Of a stretch of 64,000 nt of DNA, positions 37,432 through 46,384 are shown piece after piece. The stretch is from the NCBI GenBank assembly GCA_963752285.1, contig CAVVXN010000005.1:2080001-2144000 (forward strand). The letters are read 5' to 3'. The notes under the pieces are model-generated. The model ran no database searches and was not told where the DNA came from. It worked only from the letters and a program-made list of their open reading frames with translations. The stretch's first letter is position 1. Each line of letters starts with the position of its first letter. The stretch is from an uncultured Planctomycetota bacterium (GTDB lineage Bacteria; Planctomycetota; PLA2; JAEUHO01). The position numbers and the translations under genes were made by a program.

Positions 37432-38559
37432 CTACCGTCCCCGGACGAAGCGCGGCCACCCCTCGGTGATGAACCACACGACCTGCGGCCCGAAGAGGAG
37501 CAGCGCCGCGCCGCCGAGCGCGAGGAAGGGCCCGAACGGCACGTAGCGGAGCGAGGCGGCGAAGAGATCGAGCCGCTCCCGGTCCTCGTCGCGCGCCTCG
37601 GTCACGTGGACGCGCCACACGCCCGTCTCGGGTCCGGGGGGCGCCGGGAGGATCTCCCCCCGCACCTCGACCAGGGCGTCGTGGTCTTCCAGGATCCCCG
37701 CGGCCGGCAGGGTCATCGACACCTTCGCCGGCCCGGGTGGCGGCGTCCCCGGGCCCTGGAACACGAGGTCCTCGCCCTCGATCCGCGCGCCCGGGAGCTC
37801 GACGGACGGCCCGACCGCCGGGCGCACGACCAGGGGGAACGCGAGCGGCCGCCGGCGGGCCCAGAGGAGGCGGAGGAGGCCGATCGTCGCACCGCCGACG
37901 CACGCGATCACCAGGACGTAGAGCACGCCGAGGGGCCCGACCAGCGCGCCGATCAGCGCGAGGAGCTTCACGTCGCCGAGCCCCATCGCCTCCTTCCGGA
38001 ACGCGAGGGCGCCGAGCCACCGGATGGCGAGGATCACCGCCGCCCCGACCGCGGCGCCGGCCGCCGCGTGCAGCCAGTCGGAGAGCGCGGGCTTGAGCGC
38101 ACCGGCCCACCCCTCCGGGTGGAGCCCCGTGGCGGGCGCCACGAGGATGGCCACGAGGATCCCGGGCTTGCTGATCGCGTCCGGAATGATCTTGTGCTCC
38201 CAGTCGATCAGCGAGATCGCCAGGAGCGCCGCCAGCGCGGCGGCCACGACCCCCGCCGTCACGGGGTCGGCCGGCCACCCGTGCCAGGCGAGCAGGAAGA
38301 GGACGCCCGTCAGGAGCTCCACGAGCGGGTAGCGCGGCGAGATCCGCGTGCCGCACGCGCGGCACCGGCCGCGGAGGAGGATCCAGGAGAGGAGCGGGAC
38401 GTTGTCGAACCACGCGATCGTCGTGCCGCACCGGGGACAGTGCGACCGCGGCAGGACGAGGCTCTCGCCCCGGGGGAGCCGCCACACGACGACGTTCAGG
38501 AACGAGCCCACCGAGAGCCCCGCGAGCGCGAAGAAGGCCGGCAGGAGGGCCTCCCTCAC
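37432..38559 (-). CDS. pilD: Prepilin peptidase with an approximately 100-aa soluble insertion
   Basis: GSFLNVVVWRLP, CPRC/CRAC, YPLVE, IDWEHKIIPD, MGLGDVKL, VPFGPFL. Confidence 0.93.
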   Translation of the reverse strand: MREALLPAFFALAGLSVGSFLNVVVWRLPRGESLVLPRSHCPRCGTTIAWFDNVPLLSWILLRGRCRACGTRISPRYPLVELLTGVLFLLAWHGWPADPVTAGVVAAALAALLAISLIDWEHKIIPDAISKPGILVAILVAPATGLHPEGWAGALKPALSDWLHAAAGAAVGAAVILAIRWLGALAFRKEAMGLGDVKLLALIGALVGPLGVLYVLVIACVGGATIGLLRLLWARRRPLAFPLVVRPAVGPSVELPGARIEGEDLVFQGPGTPPPGPAKVSMTLPAAGILEDHDALVEVRGEILPAPPGPETGVWRVHVTEARDEDRERLDLFAASLRYVPFGPFLALGGAALLLFGPQVVWFITEGWPRFVRGR

Positions 38560-39149
38560 GACCGGACCCCGGGCTCGGGGAAGGCCCCGCCTCCCGTCTC
38601 GACGCGCCAGGCCTCGCCGCAGCGAGCGCACGTCCGGACGGGCCCCTCGCCCCGGAGGATCTCGCCGCACTCGCACGCGTGTCCGACGGCGCGTGCGGGC
38701 GACCCGACGACGAGCGCCCCGGGCGGCACGTCCCTCGTCACGACCGAGCCTGCGCCCACGAACGCGCGCTCCCCCACCGAGACGCCGCAGACGATCGTCG
38801 CATTCGCGCCGATCGTCGCGCGGCGCTCCACCCGCGTGGGCGCGAGCTCCTCCCGCCGGGAGACGTGCGCGCGGGGCGTCCGGACGTTCGTGAAGCTCGC
38901 GTTCGGGCCCACGAAGACCTCGTCGGCGAGCGAGACGCCCGCGTACACGGAGACGTGGTTCTGGACGCGACACCCGCGGCCGATGACCACGCCGGGGCCC
39001 ACGTACACCCCCTGGCCGAGGACCGTGCCCTCGCCGACGCGCGCGCCGGCGCAGACGTGGACGAAGTGCCACGCCATGACCCCGGGCTCGAGGATCGCAC
39101 CGCGGTCCACCACGGCCGTCTCGTGGACGAACGGCTCGCTCGTCGGCAT
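38556..39149 (-). CDS. Hexapeptide-repeat N-acetyltransferase (WbpD-like)
   Basis: VHETAVVD, WHFVHV, GQGVYVG, QNHVSVY, FTNV..PR, GANATIVCG, C-terminal CECG...CARC. Confidence 0.88.
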   Translation of the reverse strand: MPTSEPFVHETAVVDRGAILEPGVMAWHFVHVCAGARVGEGTVLGQGVYVGPGVVIGRGCRVQNHVSVYAGVSLADEVFVGPNASFTNVRTPRAHVSRREELAPTRVERRATIGANATIVCGVSVGERAFVGAGSVVTRDVPPGALVVGSPARAVGHACECGEILRGEGPVRTCARCGEAWRVETGGGAFPEPGVRS

Positions 39150-39222
39150 CCATCCTCCCGTTCGCACGGCGCCGGGGCGCGATCGCGACCGGCCTCGGCC
39201 GGCCCGGGTCCCGTGTCGGCGA

Positions 39223-39567
39223 TCAGCCCGCGGCGTCCACGAACGCCTGCAGGAGACCGCGCTGCTCGTCCTCCAGGTCGGAGAAGAACACCCCGGTGTC
39301 GTAGCGCCCGTCCTCGGCCCGGTGGCTCCAGACCACGACGCCCGTGGTGTCGAGCCGGACGTCGCCGTCGTGTCCCACGGCGCGCCCGGGCAGGAGCATG
39401 GCCACGCGGATCCGGGTCATGGCGTTGATCGGGTGACGGCACGTGATGCGCGCGCCCGACTCGGAGAGGTCCACCAGCTCGAAGGGCTCCTCGTCCCCCT
39501 GCTCGTTCAGGAGGCGGAGGGGGACCTCGGCTCGGACGCGCTGATGTCGGCGACGCTCGTTTCCCAT
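39223..39567 (-). CDS. Single-domain PilZ protein
   Basis: RRHQR (RxxxR) and DLSESG (DxSxxG) c-di-GMP motifs. Confidence 0.9.
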   Translation of the reverse strand: MGNERRRHQRVRAEVPLRLLNEQGDEEPFELVDLSESGARITCRHPINAMTRIRVAMLLPGRAVGHDGDVRLDTTGVVVWSHRAEDGRYDTGVFFSDLEDEQRGLLQAFVDAAG

Positions 39568-39759
39568 CCCGGCCTGCCTCCCCGACCGGCCCCCGGGCCC
39601 GATCGCGCGGCCTGGGAGGCTACCCCCGGGCCCCGGCGCCCGGCCCTGTCGGTCACCCCCGCTAGCATACTACGAAGACCGCAACTCGAAGCGCGCGCGT
39701 GTCCCGACCCCGTGGAAGCGACCCGCGACCGAACCCACGCGCGCCGGAGGAGACCCCTC

Positions 39760-40224
39760 GTGGCCAACTTGAACAAGGTCCTGTTGATCGGCCGGCTCAC
39801 CCGCGATCCCGAGAGCCGCACCACGTCCACCGGTCAGACGGTCGTGAGCTTCGGCCTCGCCGTCAACCGTTCGTACACGCGCCGCGACAGCGGCGAGCGC
39901 GTCGAGGAGACCGCCTTCGTGGACGTGGAGGCCTGGGGCCGCACGGGCGAGACGATCCACCGCTACATGAAGAAGGGCCGGCAGATCTTCATCGAGGGTC
40001 GCCTGCGCTTCGACTCGTGGGAACGGGACGGCCAGCGCCGCTCGAAGCTGTCCGTCGTGGCGGAGAACTTCCAGTTCATCGACAGCCAGCAGGACGGACA
40101 GGGCGGCGGCGGCGGCGGCTACGGCGGCTCGCACGCGCCCGCGCGCACCCAGCCCCAGCCGGCGGGCGTCGGGGAGACGCCTCAGGACGACTACGCGCCC
40201 GTAGACGACGACATCCCGTTCTGA
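39760..40224 (+). CDS. ssb: Single-stranded DNA-binding protein
   Basis: NLNKVLLIGRLTRDPE, KGRQIFIEGRL, Gly-rich linker, DDDIPF tip. GGAGGAG RBS. Confidence 0.97.
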   Translation: MANLNKVLLIGRLTRDPESRTTSTGQTVVSFGLAVNRSYTRRDSGERVEETAFVDVEAWGRTGETIHRYMKKGRQIFIEGRLRFDSWERDGQRRSKLSVVAENFQFIDSQQDGQGGGGGGYGGSHAPARTQPQPAGVGETPQDDYAPVDDDIPF

Positions 40225-40702
40225 TCGCGTGGGAGGGGGCGCTCCGTCATCATGCTGGCCCGCCCTCCCTCCCCCACCATCCACCGGCGCCCGTAGACGA
40301 CGACATCCCGTTCTGATCGCGTGGGAGGGGGCGCTCCGTCATCATGTCGGCCCGCCCTCCCTCCCCCACCATCCACCGGCGCCCGTAGACGACGACATCC
40401 CGTTTGGATCGCGTGGGAGGGGGCGCTCCGTCATCATGCTGGCCCGCCCTCCCTCCCCCACCATCCACCGGCGCCCGTAGACGACGACATCCCGTTCTGG
40501 ATCGCGTGGGAGGGGGCGCTCCGTCATCATGTTGGCCCGCCCTCCCTCCCCCACCATCCACCGGCGCCCGTAGACGACGACATCCCGTTCTGATCGCGTG
40601 GGAGGGGGCGCTCCGTCATCATGTCGGCCCGCCCTCCCTCCCCCACCATCCACCGGCGCCCGTAGACGACGACATCCCGTTTGGATCGCGTGGGAGGGGG
40701 CG
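40195..40702 (+). repeat. 92-bp tandem repeat, 5.5 copies, starting inside the ssb 3' end
   Basis: Units start at 40195, 40287, 40379, 40471, 40564 and 40656. They differ only around the stop codon and in a 3-nt site inside the hairpin loop. Confidence 0.97.
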
Positions 40703-40769
40703 ACCCGCCACCTCGGTCCGGCTGGGTCGACGATCGCCCGGGTCCCCTCGGGCGATCCCCGGCGGGTCG
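40701..40769. terminator. Long GC-rich hairpin between convergent genes
   Basis: cgacccgcc (40701-40709) pairs with ggcgggtcg (40761-40769); gatcgcccg (40732-40740) pairs with cgggcgatc (40749-40757). No U-tract. Confidence 0.5.
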
Positions 40770-40775
40770 TGGCTG

Positions 40776-42705
40776 CTACAGCTCGTCGATGTGGCGCTGG
40801 CAGCGCGACTCCAGGCCTTCGGCCCACGCCTTCGCCGACGGCTTCACGTCGAGGCCGCCCAGGGCCTCGGTGAGCATCGCGACGATCCGCGCCTCGTCGT
40901 CGCCGGGGTCGAGGCCCTTCTCCGCCTCCGCGGCCATCTGGGCGCCGCCCTTCGCGTCGCCGCCGAGCGCCTTCGCCACCGCGCCGAAGAGCGCGGCCCT
41001 CGCCCAGGCGGGCTCCGTCGTCGCGACCTTCGTGAACGACTCGACGGCCTTGGCGTGGTCGCCCTCGTAGAGGGCCTTCGCGCCGGACTGGAAGACCTCG
41101 ACGGTCGTGTCCCACCCCTCGTCCCTTCCGGGGACCTTCACCTCGACGTTCCCGTCGCCCTTCTTGATCTCCACGGGGTTGAACGGGAACAGGCGGGTCT
41201 TGTCCTTTTCGCAATCCGACTGGCCGAGCATGGCGAGGGAGAAGTACGCCTTCCCGTCCTTCTGCCAGATGTACGGCTGGATGCCCTGGGGCGAGAAGAA
41301 GGCGCCCTCCACGTTCGTGCGGTAGGTCACGTAGCGGCCCATGAACCCCATGGACTTCAGCGTCACGGGCTCCTCGACCCCGCCGTCCGGGACCGTCGCC
41401 GCGGCCACGTGGCCCCTCGCGGCCGTGTGCCGCGCCTCCAGCACGCCCTTCTGGAACGCCGCGGCCTTCGCGCCGAGCGCCTGACGGAGGCGCGCCTCCA
41501 AGAGGAGCAGCAGCTTCTCCTCGTTCCCGCGCGATCCGTCGCCGGCGCCCTCGCCGACCAGCGCTTTTACCTTGTCCGCGTTCCCTTCGAGCGCGTACGT
41601 CTTCTGGAACCACCAGCCGTGGTCCGCGTCGGCCGTCACGTAGCCCCGCGCGGCCGCCGGATCGCCGAGCAGCAGCTCGATCCCCGCGGCGACGGACTTC
41701 TCGTCGGGCGCCACCTTGAGCAGCCGCTGCAACGCGGCCCGCGCCTCCTTCGCGTCGCCGAGGCGGGCGTGCGCGACCGCGAGCGCCGCGGCTCCGTGCG
41801 GGTCCTTTTCCGCGAGGAGGGCCAGGCCCGGGAGCGCCTTCCCGTATTCGCCCTCCCGGAACGCCATCTCGCCCAGCTTGGCCGCGATCACGGACGACTT
41901 GGTGCTCGCGTAGCCGTCGCTCAGGGCCTTCACGGCGTCGGCCGACTTGCCCTCGCGGTCGAGGATGCTCGCGAGCGTCACGACGAAATGCGCGTCGGCG
42001 CGCGCCGCGACCGCCTTCTTCGCCTCCTCCTCCGCCTCTTTGAGCTTCGTGGCGTCGTCCATGGCGAGGTGGAGGAGCGCCCGCGCGGCCGCGTCGTGCA
42101 GGCCCGGCACGTCGTTCGACCCGAGCGCGTCCTCTACGAACTCCAGCGCGCTCTGCGACCGACCCGACTCGATCAGGAGGTCCGCCTTCGTGACGAGCGC
42201 GACCTCGTTCTTCGGGTCCTTGTCGAGGATCTCGGAGAGCACCCGGTCGGCGAGCGCGTCCTCGCCCGTCTTCACGTAGGACCGGGCGAGCTGGACGCGC
42301 GCCTCGATGGACTCGGGGTCCTTCTTCGCGGCGGACTGGAGCAGCGCGAGCCGCTTCGCCGGATCGTCCTCGAACCGGGCGCGCACGAGGTCGAACACGG
42401 CCGACTTCGCGTGCTTCGCCTCCACCTTCGCGACGATCTTGTCCCAGAGGGTCGCCTCGTCCTTGCCGAGGCCGCGCCAGATGCGGACGTAGAGCTCCCA
42501 GTAGTCCGCGCTGAGGGGCTCCTTCGCGCGCGCCTTCGAGATGGCGCTGTACGCCTTCTTGAGGTCGCCCTGCGCGTAGTGATCCTGGGCCTCGTCGTAC
42601 GCCTTCTTGGCCTCGTCCGGCACGTCGTCCGAGCGGGCGAGCGTCGGGACCGATCACCAGGAGCGCGAGCAGCATCGAGAGGGCGGCGAGTCGGTGACGT
42701 CCCAT
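40776..42705 (-). CDS. Exported TPR-repeat protein whose signal peptide is out of frame (frameshift near 42650)
   Basis: ORF 40776-42623 has TPR-like helices. MGRHRLAALSMLLALLVI from ATG 42705 is in a frame shifted by one base. Confidence 0.7.
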
Positions 42706-42829
42706 CGTGCGCCTCCGCGAGCATCCGGGGGGTCGAGGGTACCGCGAACGGCGCGTCCCCGCCTCCCCCGGCCTCCGGACGCGGCGGCCGGGCCTTCCCG
42801 TGGCGCCCCGCCTCGGCTTGAATGCGGGC

Positions 42830-44779
42830 ATGGCTCTCCCCACGAACGCGATCGTCTGGCGTCCCGATCCCGACACGGCGGCCCGAACGCGCGTCCACGC
42901 GCTCATGGACCGCGCGGGCGTCGGATCGTGGGAGGCCCTCCACGCGTGGTCCGTGGCGGACGTCGCGCGGTTCTGGGACGTGGCGCTCGAGCATCTCGGA
43001 CTCTCGTGGTACGAGCCGTATGCGACCACCCTCGACCGCTCCGGCGGCTTCCCCTGGGCACGATGGTTCCTGGGCGGCCGGACGAACATCGTCCTGAACT
43101 GCCTGGACCGGCACGTCGCGGCCGGGCACGGCGAGAGGACGGCCGTGGTGGGCGAGGGCGACGACGGCGCGGTCACGACGTGGAGCTACGAGGCGCTGCA
43201 GGAGGTCACGCGGCGCGCGGCCGCTTGCCTCCTCCGCTTCGGGGTGGGCCCCGGCGACCGCGTGGGCATCTACATGCCGATGGTGCCGGAGGTCGTGGCG
43301 GCGCTCTTCGCCTGCTTCCAGGTGGGCGCGGTCGCGGTCCCCGTGTTCTCGGCCTTCGGCGCGGAGGCGCTGGGGGTCCGCCTCCGCGACGCCGGCGCCG
43401 TGCTGCTCTTCACCGCCGACGGCGGGTTCCGCCGCGGAAAGGCCACGCCGATCAAGCCCTCGGCCGACGCGGCGGTCGCGCTCGCGCCGTCGGTCCGGAG
43501 CGTGGTGGTGCTCCGGCGCACGGGCGCGAACGTGCCCATGACCCCGGGACGCGACCACGCGTGGGAGGACGTCGTTCTCTCGGCCGACCCCTCGGCCGCG
43601 ACCGCGCGCCTCGAGGCCGAGGCGCGCGCGATGATCCTCTACACCTCGGGCACGACCGGTCGTCCGAAGGGCACCGTGCACACGCACGCGGGCTGTCTCG
43701 CCACGATGACGAAGGAGCTCGGCTACGCCTTCGACGTCCACGTGGACGACCGCATGTTCTGGCTGACCGACATCGGCTGGATGATGGGTCCCTGGGAGAT
43801 GATCGGCGTGACGTCGCTCGGCGGGAGCCTCGTCGTCTACGAGGGCGCGCCCAACTGGCCGCGGCCCGACCGGCTCTTCGAGATGGTGGCGCGGCACCGG
43901 ATCACGATCCTGGGCGTCGCCCCGACCGCGGTGCGCCTCCTCCGCACCGCGGGCGACGACCTCGCGGAGCGCCACGACCTCTCGAGCTTGCGGATCCTCG
44001 GCTCGACGGGCGAGCCCTGGGACCCCGACTCCTGGACGTGGTTCCTCGAACGGGTCGGCCGGCGGCGGTGCCCCATCATCAACATCAGCGGCGGAACGGA
44101 GATGGTCGGCTGCCTGCTCTCGCCGACGCCCGTGAACGCGCTCAAGCCCTGCACGCTGCGGGGCCCGGGCCTCGGGATGGACGTGGACGTCTTCGACGAC
44201 GACGGCCGACCCATCCGCGAGGGGATCGGCCACCTCGTCCTGAAGCAGCCCGCGCCGAGCCTCACGAAGTCGTTCCTGAACGACGACGCGCGGTACCTCG
44301 AGACCTACTTCGCCCGGTTCGGCGACGAGGTCTGGTACCACGGCGACTGGGCGCACGTGGACGCCGACGGCTACTGGTTCCTGCACGGGCGTAGCGACGA
44401 CACGGTGAACGTCGCGGGGAAGCGCGTGGGCCCGGCCGAGGTCGAGGCCGCCGTCATCGCACACCCGGACGCCAGCGAGGCCGCGGCGGTCGGCGTCCCC
44501 GACCCGATCAAGGGCGAGACGATCGTCGTGTTCGTCGTGCTGAAGCCCGGTCGAGCGGAGTCGGAGGATCTTCGCGCGGCGCTCTCCGACGCGGTGGTGG
44601 GCGTGCTCGGCAAGACCCTCCGCCCGAAGGAGGTGCGCTTCGTGGACGACCTTCCCAAGACGCGCTCGGCGAAGATCGTCCGGGGCGCGATCCGCCGGCG
44701 CTGGCTCGGCGAGTCGGTGGGCGACCTCCAGAGCGTCCAGAACCCCGAGGCGTTGGACGCCGTCGCGCGCGCGCGGTAG
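42830..44779 (+). CDS. Acetyl-CoA synthetase-like AMP-binding enzyme
   Basis: YTSGTTGRPKG, DIGWMMG, STGEPW, SGGTE, HGD, GRSDD, LPKTRSAKI. Confidence 0.92.
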   Translation: MALPTNAIVWRPDPDTAARTRVHALMDRAGVGSWEALHAWSVADVARFWDVALEHLGLSWYEPYATTLDRSGGFPWARWFLGGRTNIVLNCLDRHVAAGHGERTAVVGEGDDGAVTTWSYEALQEVTRRAAACLLRFGVGPGDRVGIYMPMVPEVVAALFACFQVGAVAVPVFSAFGAEALGVRLRDAGAVLLFTADGGFRRGKATPIKPSADAAVALAPSVRSVVVLRRTGANVPMTPGRDHAWEDVVLSADPSAATARLEAEARAMILYTSGTTGRPKGTVHTHAGCLATMTKELGYAFDVHVDDRMFWLTDIGWMMGPWEMIGVTSLGGSLVVYEGAPNWPRPDRLFEMVARHRITILGVAPTAVRLLRTAGDDLAERHDLSSLRILGSTGEPWDPDSWTWFLERVGRRRCPIINISGGTEMVGCLLSPTPVNALKPCTLRGPGLGMDVDVFDDDGRPIREGIGHLVLKQPAPSLTKSFLNDDARYLETYFARFGDEVWYHGDWAHVDADGYWFLHGRSDDTVNVAGKRVGPAEVEAAVIAHPDASEAAAVGVPDPIKGETIVVFVVLKPGRAESEDLRAALSDAVVGVLGKTLRPKEVRFVDDLPKTRSAKIVRGAIRRRWLGESVGDLQSVQNPEALDAVARAR

Positions 44780-44808
44780 GTCGCCCGGCGCCCGCGGCCC
44801 GGCGACCG

Positions 44809-45648
44809 CTACCCGGCGGGCAGCACACGATCGGTCGCGAAGGGGCTCGCACGCCGCCAGGCCGCCTCGGGCAGGAGGAGCGCCGCGTTCCGCTCCTTCG
44901 CGAGCGGGTCGGGCCGCGCGAGGATGGCCACGTGGTAGGGCGTCATCACGTCGAGGGCCTCCACGGCGAACCCGACCTCGTCGAGCGCCTCGATCACGAG
45001 CGCCGTGTCGAACACGTGGTGGTGCATGGCGCGGACGCGCGCGTTGTCACGGCACCGGGCGGCGAACGCCTCGGGCCCGCCCGCGGCGCGGTCGCGCGCG
45101 TGGTCGTGGAGGCGCAGGATCTCGTCGAGGTGCGTCATGTCGTCCTCGCCCGTCGCCTGCGACAGGTCGTCCAGGAGGTGCGCCATGCCGGTGACGGGAC
45201 GACGATGGTCGAAGGTCCCGTCGCGGTGCGGGACCACCAGCACGAGTCGGCCGTCGGCGGAGAGGACCCGCCTCCAGGCGCCCAGGGCCTGGAGCGGGTT
45301 GGCGAGGTGCTCGAGCACGTGGGACGCGAGCACGGCCTCGGCCTCGCCGTCCTCCAGGCCCGCGAGGTCGCCCGCCTCCATGACGAGGTCCCGTCCCGAG
45401 GGCCGGCCGTGGGGGTCGGCGCCCTTGCGCGCCGCGCCGGGTTCGTGCTCGGGATGCCAGAGCGTCGCGGCCGCGTGTTCCACGCGGTCGAGAGAGGCGA
45501 GCACGGGATAGAGCGGGATCCGGCCCCGGCGGCTGTAGATCCGGCTGGGCCCTCCGATCTCGAGCGCGCGGCGACCCGCCAGCGCCGCACGGGTCGGGGC
45601 GGCGATCCGGGAACGGCGGCCCAGCACTCGGCGCCAGAGGCCTCGCAT
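44809..45648 (-). CDS. Class I SAM-dependent methyltransferase
   Basis: ALEIGGPS, ASHVLEHLANP, GRLVLVVP, HHHVFD. Confidence 0.8.
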   Translation of the reverse strand: MRGLWRRVLGRRSRIAAPTRAALAGRRALEIGGPSRIYSRRGRIPLYPVLASLDRVEHAAATLWHPEHEPGAARKGADPHGRPSGRDLVMEAGDLAGLEDGEAEAVLASHVLEHLANPLQALGAWRRVLSADGRLVLVVPHRDGTFDHRRPVTGMAHLLDDLSQATGEDDMTHLDEILRLHDHARDRAAGGPEAFAARCRDNARVRAMHHHVFDTALVIEALDEVGFAVEALDVMTPYHVAILARPDPLAKERNAALLLPEAAWRRASPFATDRVLPAG

Positions 45649-45762
45649 CACGGGGGAGATGGTACGGGTGCGCTCGGGTGTCTCGCCCGGGCCGTGGCGC
45701 GATGGCCCTCGGCGCCCCGAAGTTCCCTCGTCGGGGCGACCGACCCCCGGGATGATCCCCGC

Positions 45763-46275
45763 GTGTCGATCGAGATCCACGTCCCCACGACCCGAACCCT
45801 CGCGGGCGCGGTCCACGCGCTGCTCGACCGCCTCCTCGGCTCGGGCTTCGGCTTCATCGACCGACCCGAGACGTCGTACCTCCTCGTCGAGCTCACGAAC
45901 GTGGACGGCGAGGAGTGGCCGAAGCGGGTGCCCGAGGACACGAGCGCCCAGGAGCTCACGGACGCCATCAAGGCCGACCGCCGGATCGTGCGCGTGAAGA
46001 TCGAGCTCCGACTCGGGAGCTTCCTCCTCTTCCCCGGGTTCGTGATCCTCTGTCGGCCCGACGAGTTCGAGGACTTCGAGGAAGACGCGCGCGCGCGGCA
46101 GATCATCGGCCGCGAGTCGCTCGAGCTCGCCCACGCGTTCCAGGCGCCCGAGCTGATCGTGGCGGGCGACGCCGCCTCGGACTTCCTCGGCACCGAGACC
46201 ACGACGTGGGAGGGATTGAAGGAGCTCCTGGAGGAGGAGGAGATCCCCCACCGCGTGATCACCCTCCCCGGTTGA
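45763..46275 (+). CDS. Hypothetical acidic protein
   Basis: Protein-like composition and GC-rich third positions from GTG 45763. No family recognised. Confidence 0.7.
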   Translation: MSIEIHVPTTRTLAGAVHALLDRLLGSGFGFIDRPETSYLLVELTNVDGEEWPKRVPEDTSAQELTDAIKADRRIVRVKIELRLGSFLLFPGFVILCRPDEFEDFEEDARARQIIGRESLELAHAFQAPELIVAGDAASDFLGTETTTWEGLKELLEEEEIPHRVITLPG

Positions 46276-46384
46276 GCCGCTCGGAGCCGGGATGGCGCGG
46301 CTCGTCCCGGCGACGCGTGTGCGCGAGGGCGTGCGGTGGACCCCATCGCCGTGCGGCCGGGAGGTGCGGATAGGATCTCGCCCC

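Noticed and set aside
31135..40224. 3029-aa plus-strand ORF
   Set aside because: It is an antisense shadow of the pil/ompA genes in GC-rich DNA. Only the last 154 codons (ssb, from 39760) are real.
40195..40702. CRISPR array, or small ORFs within the 92-bp repeat
   Set aside because: There are no unique spacers, since the whole unit repeats. The only ATG-started unit ORF (MLARPPSPTIHRRP) is not in the DDDIPF frame and has a poorly spaced RBS.
42654..42656. TGA read-through (selenocysteine) upstream of the TPR ORF
   Set aside because: The upstream in-frame sequence is not protein-like, and the signal peptide lies in another frame, so a frameshift explains it better.
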